A DNA stretch of 64,000 bases from Octopus sinensis. Its lineage: Eukaryota. The position numbers were made by a program, and so were the translations under genes. The stretch lies in assembly GCF_006345805.1 (NCBI RefSeq), contig NC_043002.1, positions 2,356,001 through 2,420,000 on the forward strand, read 5' to 3'. The notes under the pieces were generated by a model, which was not told where the DNA came from, ran no database searches, and saw nothing but the letters and a program-made list of their open reading frames with translations. Below, piece by piece: positions 1 through 11,362 of the stretch. Position 1 is the first letter of the stretch. Every line of letters begins with the position of its first letter.

Positions 1-279
1 TTTATTTGAATATCTATTAATTGGAGTAAAATTGGTTGCTCCATAATTCATTTCTCTTCTACTGTTTTTTTTTTTAATCGAGAAATCGAGCTTTATTAAA
101 GACGTATCTTGAGGACTGATGTGGCATCAGCTACGTAACGCGAAACATACTCGAACAATGTGTACAAATATCATTCACACACCGATTGATATGGTCACAG
201 AACTACTATTGTTTTTTTTCTTTTTCATTTTTGGTTTGTTTTTTGGGGGTTTTTTTACTATTTTTTTAGTCCGAATATG

Positions 280-612
280 CGAAGGCGCATGGATCAGTGG
301 TTAGAGCGTCGAGCTTACGATCGTGAGGTTGTGAGCTCGAATCCCGGACCGGGCTGTGTGTTGTGTTCTTGAGCAAGACACTTTATTTCACGTTGCTCCA
401 GTTTCACTCAGCTGTAGAAATGAGTTGCGACGTCACGGGTGCCAAGCTGTATCGGCCCCTTTGCCTTTCCCTTGGATAACACTGGGGGCGTAAAGAGGGT
501 ATGCATGGTCGACTGCTGCTCTTCCATAAACCACCTTGCCCAGACTTGTGACTAGGAGGGTAACTTTCTAGGTGCAATCCTATGGTCAGTGTCGTGACCG
601 AAGGGGGTCCCG
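280..612 (+). mobile_element. tRNA-derived SINE (OR-like head plus central domain), full length, with 12-bp TSD
   Basis: A-box-like TGGATCAGTGG and B-box-like GAGCTCGAATCCC; central domain CTTGAGCAAGACACTTTATTTCACGTTGCTCCAG shared with 35577-35902; TSD AGTCCGAATATG at 268-279 and 613-624. Confidence 0.88.
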
Positions 613-632
613 AGTCCGAATATGTTACCTGT

Positions 633-818
633 AAGGCATGAAGTTGGTAGAATCGTTGGTACACCGAACAAAATGATTACCGGCATTTTGTCCATTTTTA
701 TGCTCTGAATTAAAAATTTCGCCGAGTTCGACCTTGCCTTTCATCTTATTGGGATCGATAAAAATAAGTACCGGCTTTCCATAAATTGCTAGCCGTGTGC
801 CAAAATTCGAAACCAGCA
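633..818 (+). mobile_element. OK-like SINE, internally deleted
   Basis: Matches the in-window family (GAATCGTT...CCGAGTTCGACCTTGCCTTTCATC...GTGCCAAAATTCGAAACC) seen at 11363, 20381, 46909 and 55711. Confidence 0.75.
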
Positions 819-1098
819 TATGTTACAAGTCATTTAATAGGAACTTTATAAAATCTATCAAAGCGAGGATTTGTAAACAACATCCTAATACAAGAAACAT
901 TGTATTAGTTATGACATTGTACTGTTAAATGACTTTCGCTAAGCAATAAAACGTCTACATTTATTGCAGCAGACGCACAACATTGTAAATATCGTTAATG
1001 TGTTGTTTTTACATATAAGCAACGTAATAAATCATGTTAAAGCAATATTGTAATGGAATTCTCAGCAGAAGTTCTATGCTTGTTCAAGAAATAAAATT

Positions 1099-1099
1099 A

Positions 1100-1159
<60 letters not shown>
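1099..1159. repeat. (GA)n microsatellite
   Basis: Directly visible. Confidence 0.95.
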
Positions 1160-1165
<6 letters not shown>

Positions 1166-1187
1166 AAAATGAAACTTTTATATTATA

Positions 1188-1355
1188 TTACACATGTGGC
1201 TGTTTGGGTGAGAATCATGCTTCCCAACCATGTGGTCATGGGTTCAATCTTACAGCGCAGCACCTTAGGTTAGCGCCTTCTACCATAGCCCTGGTACGCC
1301 CAGAGCTTTGTGAGTGGATGTGGTAGAAGGAAACTGAAAGACGCCCGTCGCAGAT
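1188..1355 (+). mobile_element. Degenerate tRNA-derived SINE (third type)
   Basis: tRNA-like head with GGGTTCAATC B box followed by GCACCTTAGG core-like block; ends GGAAACTGAAAGACGCCCGTCG. Confidence 0.55.
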
Positions 1356-1939
1356 ATACCATTCTGTCTTCCCTCAACACTGTAGTATATTATTCCTGCT
1401 CAATCATCATTCAAATCTCATTCATCATTCATCAGTTCAAAAATGGAACTGGTAACTTCCACAACTCTTTACCATGGATTATCTTCGAGCATTCTCATTT
1501 GCCTCTGATAATGGACCTTACCTATAACTTCATTATTCTTTAATCATGGAACTGCGTAACATCTATTTTACTCTGATCCTTCCTTCATTTTTTTTTTTGC
1601 AACTTGAAATATACCAATAACTTCGATTGAGCATATTTCTTCATTTTTACTTTTCTCTGACTCCCCCCCCCCTCTGATGACGAACTTATGAAATCTTTAC
1701 TCAATATCATGAACCACATGCTTAGCTATTCTAGCAGAAGGAGACTCTAGATATTTATATTGTCTCGATTAATTGTTTCTTTGCGTTTTCACTTCTTATT
1801 TTAATCTCCATCCACCCGCTCAAGGAGAAACCACTTCTAGTCGTCTCTACAAGTTGCAGTTCAAACCGAGTTTCAGTTGTAACCAAGCATAGAACATACC
1901 GAATACATCATGCCAGTTGACGAAAACTCCTTATATATT

Positions 1940-1952
1940 CTATATATATATA

Positions 1953-1997
<45 letters not shown>

Positions 1998-2029
1998 TCT
2001 ATATATATACATATATGTATGTATGTATG

Positions 2030-2102
<73 letters not shown>

Positions 2103-2118
2103 ATATATATATATAATA

Positions 2119-2154
<36 letters not shown>

Positions 2155-2350
2155 TGTATGTATGATGTATGTATGTATGTAAGTATGTATGTAGATGTGT
2201 ACACAACTTCAGCCTCATATACACATAAGTGTCTGCATGCGTGCATATATATTTAGACATTTATACATATAAATATACGTATACATATACAGGCATATAT
2301 TTACACTCCCACACATACGTATTTACATATATGTGTGTGTTTACATATAC

Positions 2351-2392
<42 letters not shown>

Positions 2393-2600
2393 ACATCCTC
2401 CTATCACACACCCACACCCGCACATATACAAACATATGCATATCCGTATAAATGAAGGAGACGTGTGCATGCAAGTCGCACTTTCGAACCGGACACAGTC
2501 TTACACTCACGTACATACATACACGCAGACAACTATTTATACACACGTACACACGTATACATATAAAACATATACATACATATACTCACACCCGTACACA
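1940..2600. repeat. Compound (TA)n/(TATG)n/(CA)n microsatellite field
   Basis: Directly visible; explains the YI/HT-repeat ORFs. Confidence 0.95.
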
Positions 2601-2988
2601 TTCACACAATTAAAAAGGAAAAAATGAAAAAATATATAAAAATAAAAGCTGTTAAGACATGGAAAGCTTGTGTAGGAACATAGTAAAATGCGGATTCTAT
2701 CCGTAATCTTAGGGGTGGGGCCAAAATCGTAACAGGTATTTTGTCACATGTGAAGATGGTCCAAAGAGTTCAGGTTTTGAATTTAGACACGTAGCGGAAT
2801 CCAAGGAACATTTCCAGATCCGTCATCTTTCCATATTACAAAAAACGCACTTGCCACTACCGTTGGTATAAGGGTTACACTTGGCTAAGATCTTACAGTA
2901 AATCCTTTAGCTGACACCTTGTTCTTTAAGAGCCATAACTGGATAACTTGGTAGTTTTTTGTTTATTCCAATGCATGAAGCTTAAGGT

Positions 2989-3270
2989 GTGATTGTTGAA
3001 CCTCTCTTTCCAGGACGTCATAAATATAGGAACCTCTTTAATAGGCAAAACCTAAAAATTAGTTTTAGTTCAGCGCCAAACTTTAACAACATAATTACAC
3101 ACAATGCAAAACAACAACACGAAGCCGGCTGTTCCTGCAGGGATAAAGATCTGTGCCCGCTAAATGGAGCATGTATGACAGAGGCCATTATTTATGAAGC
3201 CACTGTAAATTGTACGGACGCTCATAACACAGTTTCGTCAAAGAGATATGTGGGTCTCACGGAGGGAAAG
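2989..3270 (+). mobile_element. Penelope-like element remnant, N-terminal half of the GIY-YIG endonuclease
   Basis: HKYRNLFNRQNLKISFSSAPN...CSCRDKDLCPLNGACMTEAIIYEATV...RYVGLTEG matches the PLE CxC-x5-CPL...IIY..YxG pattern. Confidence 0.82.
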
Positions 3271-3348
3271 AAGAATGAGACCTCGATATTAGGTAAAGAG
3301 AGGATTCTTTAATTATGTATGGTTTAGGACAATCAGTAAGGTGTCGTT

Positions 3349-3401
3349 ACAATACTCGGAGTTTCGAATGCGAAGAGTTACGATGTATTCTCGTCGGCTA
3401 T
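3349..3401 (-). ncRNA. Minimal hammerhead ribozyme (PLE pLTR type), one core change (U4C)
   Basis: Minus strand reads ATAG-CCGACGA-GAAT(...)ATTC-GAAA-C-TCCGA-G-TA/TTGT: 4-bp stem I, 4-bp stem II base, short stem III, GUA cleavage triplet. Confidence 0.6.
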
Positions 3402-3521
3402 TAATGGCAATACACGCTAAGAAAAACCGTTGAATAAAAGGAAAGTTACTCTAATCCTCTATTTACCTAATATCGAGGTCTCATTCTTCTGTTGTCATTT
3501 TTTATCATATATATATATATT

Positions 3522-3553
<32 letters not shown>

Positions 3554-3564
3554 TATGTATGTAT

Positions 3565-3789
3565 GTAAATATGATATGTAACAATTATTCGGTAGCCATG
3601 ATAAAACTCCGAGTTCCGGATGTCGGGGCGGAATCCCGCGCCTGCATCTCTTCAGTTATCGAGCCATCGAAAAAAAATTTCTTTCGATGACCCGATAACT
3701 GAAGAGATGCCGGCATGGGTTTCTGTCCCGACATCCGGAACTCGGAGTTTTATCATGGCTACCGAATAATTGTTACATATCATATTTAC
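3565..3789. repeat. 225-bp palindrome (inverted pLTR-like pair), each arm carrying an HHR-like motif
   Basis: 3565-3627 is the exact reverse complement of 3727-3789 (63 bp); imperfect pairing continues to a small central loop near 3672-3682. Confidence 0.95.
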
Positions 3790-3858
3790 CGATAAATTCC
3801 TCTATTTACATAATATCGAGGTCTCCTTCATTCTTTTGTTGTCTTACCATTTCTATCA

Positions 3859-3925
<67 letters not shown>

Positions 3926-3934
3926 CACACACAC

Positions 3935-3986
<52 letters not shown>

Positions 3987-4435
3987 CAAAAGTAAGGACA
4001 AGCAAGTTGGGCAAGTTTATTTACACAGAATATTAAATACATTTAATAAAAAAAAAGATCTACCTTTGTATGGATATAAAATAGTTCGAGTTAAACAGAA
4101 TATAAATGATATCAGGAGTGAAATGGGTTGAGTTTTACGAGTCTAACAGTTGTTTCTGGGGCCTTGGTGGAGCGGAATAATGATAGTTACTTGGTTCCAT
4201 TATCGAATAACATCGCCTCCGTCTTCAGTGGGGGGGGGGGGATATTACATTTGAAGCGTTGATAGAATGGTGTTTATTAAAGTTTCCATCTTTAAACGCC
4301 TTCTTGTCAACACATCAAATGTATTTAAATTATTTAATATTCTGCGTAAATCCACTTGCGTAACCTGCTTGTCTTTACATGTACTCCTCTGCTTGAGCAT
4401 TTCAGAGCGTACGCGATATAGAAAACACCTGTCTC

Positions 4436-4534
<99 letters not shown>

Positions 4535-4821
4535 CAGAGACAGAGAGAGACAGACAGACAGAGAGAGGGAGGGAGAGAGAGAACGATGAATTCATGTATA
4601 TTGCTTTGAGGTTTAATGAAAATTAATGAGGAGAATCAATGATTTTAATGAAATTACGTGTATCTTAAATGAATAACCGGAAATACGTTTTAAAGTAACA
4701 AGAATGATGCAGCATGCTGTTCGAAGAGGGCACCTGTTTCAATGTGTGTGTGTGTGCATGCATGTATATAATATATCTATGTATATATATATATATATTA
4801 TATATATAATATATATATATT

Positions 4822-4857
<36 letters not shown>

Positions 4858-5660
4858 ATTATAATAATATTAGGGAATAAATCCAAACTTACAGGGAAAA
4901 ATTAGATTTAGGATTAAATCCAATTTTATAGTATAAATATATTATATTATATTATATTAAATTAGAGATAAAACCACTATTAGGCAAATCAAACAGTGAA
5001 AAACATAACCCAATATATAAAATTAATTTAAAAATATAAAAGTTAAAAATTAAAAATTATTTAAATAACTTAAACTTATAAATATTAAATATATATATGC
5101 AAATATATATATATATATATTATATTATATAATTATATATAGATATATATAATAGATTATATGTATATTTTTATATTTATATATTATTTTATTTATTAAT
5201 TGTTTTTTATTATTAATTTTTAATATAAATATCAAAAGTATTAAAAGTTTAATAAAAGATAAAGAGTAAAACACTACGATCGTTTCATGGCTGTACCAAT
5301 TCGAATAACAATAATTATATATATATATATATATATATAATATGCTGAACTGTTGAAGTGGACGGACGTCTATTTGTTTCTCTCCCAAGTCAGTAGCAAG
5401 GTACACAGCTTCAAAACTTAACTGACCTTAAATATATATATATTTGTAACCACGTGTTTGCCTACAAACCCGTAAGTACGTTTTCATTTAACTACAAATT
5501 GTTATATACACCTGTTTTTCTTTTAATATCCTCAAACAACCAAATAATCAAAACTCACACCTTAAGAGGAACATTTATATATATATACACTTCTTTAACT
5601 CCCAAGAAAGAATATATATTTTCAAAAATCAAAAGGAAAACAAACAAAAGAAAAACAAAC

Positions 5661-6888
5661 ATGACTAACTTGCAGGCCTGCAACAGACGAAATTGGTCTG
5701 ATAACGAAATTGATGTTTTAATAAACACATGGTTCTCTCTTTCCCAAACAGAAAATCTAAATGTTTTGTGTTTGAATGAGATTGCCGAAAAAACATCACA
5801 AGTGGTCAACACACGATCCGTCAAACAGATTCGTAGCAAACTGAAACATATCGAAGTATCTTTCAAACTGACAAAAGGCCATTATGAAAAGCTTCTTCAT
5901 ATTTTCACAGTTCAATGACAGCAACAGCTAGAAAATCAGCAGCCACAACAACAACAACAACAGAATGAGCCATTCCTGGTTCCCAGCACAATGGCTGACC
6001 CTAACATCGGTCAAGCACAACAACAACAACAACAGCCACAGCAACAAGAACAACAACAGCCACTCCTCAACTCTAGCTTACTAGATGATTCACTAAATGC
6101 CAGTATCTTTTCACCGCTCTCACGGCAACCACCACAATTATCATCATCATCATCACCACCGCTGCCACCATCGTCTTCTATCACCAAAAATACCAACACA
6201 GAAAACAAATAAGAAACCACTGCCCTCTTCCCCCACATCACCACCTCAATACTACTGCAGTAACAAAAACTTAAAGAAACATAGGAAGCAGAATGCGCCC
6301 CCCACGGCACAAACAAGAAATCCCAAAATATGCCGCTATTCACTGCGCCAGAGACTCTGCACAAATAGTGACTGCATCTTCACGCATCTACCCGGCACTA
6401 GACGCACCACCGGCCAATGCCAAAGCACGCATCCCACAATAACATCAACACCACCAAATAGTAAATCGAAATTCAAAACACACACAACTCGGAGTCCCAA
6501 AATCTGCCGGTATTCCCAACGTGAGAGATCATGTCTGCTGAGTGACTGTCCCTTCACTCATCTTCCAGGGACCCGACGCACAAACAGAAACGGGGCTTCA
6601 AGCCAACACACAAACCTGAATAAAAATAAAAATAAAAATAGAAACACACCATGCTGCAGTAATGCTGGTCCAGTCTTTTCAGGAAGACACAACAACAACA
6701 AAAGTGGAAACTACAACCCTATCCAACAGTGCAACCACACCTCCAGCCAAAACTGCTCCCTAAGCAGGAAAATTTTTTTTAGCCATGTTGAACATGGCAA
6801 AAGAGATACACAAAACATTCTAGCCATCACTCAACACCATCCTATGCTATTACCCCAGTGCACCAATTCCCCACATTGCTGCCACTAA
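5661..6888 (+). pseudogene. LINE ORF1 (disrupted): Myb/SANT-like domain + Q/P/S-rich linker + two CCCH zinc fingers
   Basis: ATG at 5661; NWSDNEIDVLINTW...RSVKQIRSKLKHI; in-frame TGA 5916-5918 then same-frame poly-Q; frameshift near 6200; C-x8-C-x4-C-x3-H at 6331-6387 and 6505-6561. Confidence 0.75.
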
Positions 6889-9880
6889 CACACACAAAAA
6901 ATCCAAGCCCCCTGCAACAGTCAAAACCAGCCACTACACTGACCTCCACATTCCTACTCAATGCACAAGGTGTCAACCCTTCCATCAATGCACAAAAATG
7001 GAAGGTCCAATTCATTGAAGACTGGGTTGGTAACCATTCACACCACATCCCTTTCTTCATTTTCACTGAGACCCACCTTGACAACTCCCACTTGGAAGCC
7101 GAAGTGAGAGTGAAGAATTTCACAACCATCCGCGCGGATCGTATCGGCAGGAGGAAGGGTGGAACTACCATTTTCCTGCATGATTCATTTACGGCAGATG
7201 GAAATAGTATATTCTCCAACGGCTACTGTGAATCAGTCACCGTGCACAACAAAGCCAATGACCTGACAGTAATTGGGCTCTATAGGCCGCCCCAAACACC
7301 CATACTGTGCTTTAAAGAATGCCTCAACAGCATTAAGTGCTTTATTCAACAGTGCCATTCTAGCAACCTACTCATGATGGGAGACTTCAATCTACCCTGT
7401 GTTGACTGGACTACAAACTGTTTGAAACCAAGCACTCCCACCTCAACCGCTGACAAAGAAGCAGCAGAGTCACTTTTCGACTTTACGAATGAGTTTCTTG
7501 TCCCAACTTGTCCTTGCACCAACAAGACATCAGAACAGTTTGGACCTAGTGTTTAGTAACCACACTAACACTATACATAACGTTACAGTGGAAAAAACCC
7601 TTCTTTCAGACCATGACATGGTTCTCTGTAACATGAAATTCCACCAGCCGAAAGCTAATCCTAGTGACCTTCCTCCAGCCCACCCATTTGACAACATGGA
7701 TCTCCATAATGCCAACTGGGATGCAATCAGGAACGAGCTATCACATGTTGACTGGTCCTTTACACATACACACATCTCCACCAACCATAAAACATCTTGG
7801 CAGATCTTTGTAGACACCGTCACAGACATATGTGCAAAACACTCCCCACCAAGACCTGTGAACAAAAAGTGCAGAATCCCCCAAAACAGAAAAACCATTA
7901 TCATAAAAATAAAAAGAACAAACAAAAAAATTAACAAACTAAAGTACTGCCAACAGCAACACACACATTCGACGGCTATCGCACTGCTTGAATCCAAAAA
8001 ATATAACCTCCAACAATGCATGAAGACCCTCATCAATAACCAAAGATCAGCTGAGGAGAAGTGGGCCATTGAAAAAATCAAACACCACCCCAAAGTGTTC
8101 TTTTCATTTGCGAGGAAACGCAGGGTCACTGTCTCCACTGTAGGCCCTCTAATTGACGAAACTGGCACTCTCCAAGATAATGCCAAATCCATGGCCGAGA
8201 TACTGCAGAAACAATACTGCTCTGTTTTCAGCAATCCTGATATGGCCGATCTGGGCTGTATCAGTGATGTCAACCCCCAACACACTATATCGGACATAAT
8301 TTTTAGTGCCCCTGATGTCTTAGCGGCGATAAACGAAATAAAACACAATTCAGCAGTAGGCCCCGATAGGTTCCCTGCTTGTGTCCTGAAGGTGTGTCGA
8401 CACCAACTTGCATCTCCCCTTGCTAATCTGTGGAGAAACTCACTGGATGCTGGCTATATTCCAAAAAACCTTCTGTCCCCTGTTGTCCCAGTTTTCAAAA
8501 AGGGAAACAAGTCCCTTGCAGTGAACACCGGTCCGATCTCACTCACCTCTCATATCATCAAGGTATTTGAGAGGGTGGTGAGATCTCGAATAACCCAATT
8601 TCTGGAAAGCAACAGACGGCTGATCTCCAACCAACATGGGTTCCGTAATGGAAGGGACTGCCTAACGCAGCTCCTGCATCACTTTGAGACATTTTGAGAG
8701 CTTTGGGAGAGGGCTCCAACACCGATGTCATCTACCTTGATTTCAGTAAGGCCTTCGACAGGGTCGATCACAAGATCCTATTGAAAAAACTATCCAACAT
8801 TGGTGTCTCTGGAAAGTTACTGAAATGGATCAAGTGTTTCCTGACAGACAGATCTCAACATGTTGTAGTTGAAGGGGTAAAATCAAGCCCAGCCAAAGTC
8901 AGTAGTGGCGTTCCGCAAGGCACTGTGCTGGGCCCACTTCTTTTCATCATTTACATTAATGACATTAATGACATCATCAAGCACAGCAACATAAAAATTT
9001 TTGCAGATGATTCCAAGCTACAGAAGGTCATAAATGAGGCGAGTGACCGGACATGCCTTCAGTCAGATCTACTGGCTGTTATCCAATGGCAGAAAAAACA
9101 ATATGCTGCTGAACGAGGATAAATTTGAGTTAATCCACTTTGGAAAAGAGGATGCCCTGAAACTCCCATACTCCCTTCCTTCAGGTGAAACTCTCGCGGC
9201 GTCCACAACATCAGAGACTTGGGAGTAATTGTGGACAACAACATAAGCTGGGCCACTCATATAAGCACCAAAGTTGACATGGCCCGCAGAATGTGTTCCT
9301 GGATTCTCAGAACTTTCCAGTCGAGAGATATCCACACCATTATCCTTCTCTTCTCCACTTTTGCCCGACCCCACCTTGAATACTGTTGTCCACTGTGGTC
9401 TCCCCACACAATACAAGTATCATAAAAGTTGAAGCACCTCAAAGGGCAATCACAAAAAAGATAGATGGCATGACAGGCCTCGACTATTGGGGTCGACTAG
9501 AAAAGCTAAAACTTTATACTCTCCAACGTCGTCGTGAGCGCTACATCATCTGCATGATGTGGAAAATATTCCATCAGCATTGCCCAATGATGTTGGCATC
9601 ACCTTTAGGGTACATCCAAGGCTTGGGCCCCGTGCCATCCGCCCAAAACAAAAATCGCACTCTCATCTCATAACAACAATACGGCACAATTATTTCACCT
9701 CAATTGGCCCCGCTCTCTTTAACATTACACCAAAACACATTAAAACAGAACTGACCCTATAGGGTTCAAGAAGTCTTTGGACAGATTCCTTCAAAAAATC
9801 CCGGATAAACCCCCTACACCGGATATGTCTCTGTAAACAATAACTCTCTACTTGAGTGGGCCATAGTGCCCAAATTCTGA
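6858..9880 (+). pseudogene. LINE ORF2, APE endonuclease + reverse transcriptase, several frameshifts
   Basis: TETHL, LYRPP, GDFNLP, PTR..LDL, SDHD (APE); QHGFR, YLDFSKAFDRVDH, GVPQGTVLGPLLF, FADDSK (RT); RPHLEYCCPLWSP. Confidence 0.95.
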
Positions 9881-9971
9881 CTTGAAAGACTTCACCAGGT
9901 GGTGCTATTAAGTTAGACATGGCCTGGGCCAATAATGGCCGAAACCTATCAAAGTATCAAAGTATCAAAGT

Positions 9972-10019
<48 letters not shown>

Positions 10020-10176
10020 AAAATTTTATTTTATATTAATTAGGAAATACTTGTTTGTTAGTTACATTCGTAACTGATAAAATCTAAAAATATAGGAATA
10101 ATTATAGAATTATATGAAGTTATGAAGAGCCCTGATGATTGGAGGTGTAGTTAAGACATGTTTCTGAAAAAGACTG

Positions 10177-10500
10177 ATGGTCTCGGGAGCGTTAAACGCA
10201 CCTCCATTATCTAAGAGAATTTCTATCCATTACTCAACATTTAGAGATAGAAATAAACGGAATAGTACCGGTCTCAGCAAACTGATTTGGAATTTAAAAG
10301 ACCACAATGAACAATTTCATTTGGAATGGTTGATCCTCTCAATTTCGATACCATATGACAAAGGCAAGAAATTCTGTCTTCTCTGCAATTCTGAGCTATT
10401 TTTCATTATTTTTTCTAAAAATACTCTAGTAAACACGGTTATAGAACGAGCATACAGATGTAAGCATTGGCAAAAGCATACTTTTAGTGCATATAAGTAG
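10177..10500 (+). mobile_element. Penelope-like remnant, C-terminal half of GIY-YIG
   Basis: HYSTFRDRNKRNSTGLSKLIWNLK...W.IL...PY....CLLCNSE matches the PLE endonuclease C-terminus. Confidence 0.8.
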
Positions 10501-10828
10501 TCTCTATCATTATATATAGTTTAGACTTTAATTTCCTTTATATTTAACATTCACTATTAATATCCCTACTCTTTCTGTTAGCTACTTATGACGTTATATC
10601 ATATAACGTTTTTTTAAACAATATTAATAGCGTTCTGTCTATCGCTATACGAATCCTTCATTTTTTGCTAAAATGTCGTATTGACAAGTTTCGTTTTTTC
10701 ACTTTCCCGAAGAGAAGATTGCATTGTTTATACCTTTTATTCTTTTGAATAAGTATCAGTGGAATTTTTGAAACATATGTAGAAAGAAAAAATACTTGTT
10801 TAAACCTGCGTTGACTCCATTTTTTATG

Positions 10829-10874
<46 letters not shown>

Positions 10875-10879
<5 letters not shown>

Positions 10880-10950
10880 GTATTCTTTTATTCTTTTATT
10901 CTCGTTCCAATTATCAGACTGCGGCCATGCTGGAGTACCGCCTTTAAAGG
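10875..10950 (-). mobile_element. SINE 3' fragment
   Basis: Reverse complement AAAGGCGGTACTCCAGCATGGCCGCAGTC resembles the 3' end of 42750-42900. Confidence 0.55.
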
Positions 10951-11019
10951 CTTTTATATTTGAAAGCGTAATAACTCAGTCGCACACGGTGTTGACTTAT
11001 AAAGCGTTTAATAGACTTT

Positions 11020-11330
11020 GTAATATATTGCGGGTGCATATCAAAAGATGTGTCCCCACAAGTGATTAACCCCTCGTACCCTGTTCATGACAACTAATTT
11101 GTACGTAGATACGGAACTATAGTTGTAAAGATGGTAAAATGTCTATACAAGTAAATGGGGGTCAAGTGATATTGTTAAAAGTTACCGAAAACGTGCTCAG
11201 TTTGGGGGTCTCTTTTAAAGGCTTAGAGTCGAGTGGGACGGTGCGTAGCTTTGAAGAGAAGCATGTGGTTAGTTACATCTAAGAAATGGGTTAACGTTTA
11301 CCGTGAACAGAAGCAGGATTGTTTATGGAG
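11020..11330 (-). mobile_element. Highly decayed Penelope-like RT fragment
   Basis: Minus strand gives PFLDVT, a typical PLE RT C-terminal motif; the remainder is degenerate. Confidence 0.35.
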
Positions 11331-11362
11331 ATAATCATGTATGAAGTTAATATCTGAAGTGG

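Larger units (their letters stand above)
5343..9972 (+). mobile_element. Full-length decayed CR1/L2-clade LINE (5'UTR, ORF1, APE-RT ORF2, 3'UTR, 8-bp tandem tail)
   Basis: ORF1 and ORF2 domains listed separately; tail (TATCAAAG)x3 at 9947-9970; both flanks are (TA)n; the 5' boundary is approximate. Confidence 0.92.

Noticed and set aside
280-350. tRNA genes at SINE heads
   Set aside because: No complete cloverleaf or acceptor stem; they continue into SINE bodies flanked by TSDs
1674-1700. CTGATGA...GAAA hammerhead-like motif
   Set aside because: No stem II or stem I pairing
1917-2627. Numerous YI/HT/CV/poly-I/poly-D ORFs here and across the window
   Set aside because: They are translations of microsatellites, not genes
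5268-5310. GAAAC-GATC-GTA half-hammerhead (minus)
   Set aside because: No CUGANGA core or stem I partner; at most a truncated pLTR
9920-9946. GGCC-loop-GGCC-GAAAC at the CR1 3' end resembling HHR stem II
   Set aside because: No upstream CUGANGA; better explained as the LINE 3' recognition stem-loop
10134-10210. CTGATGA followed by a long stem
   Set aside because: The stem is not followed by GAAA, so it is not a hammerhead
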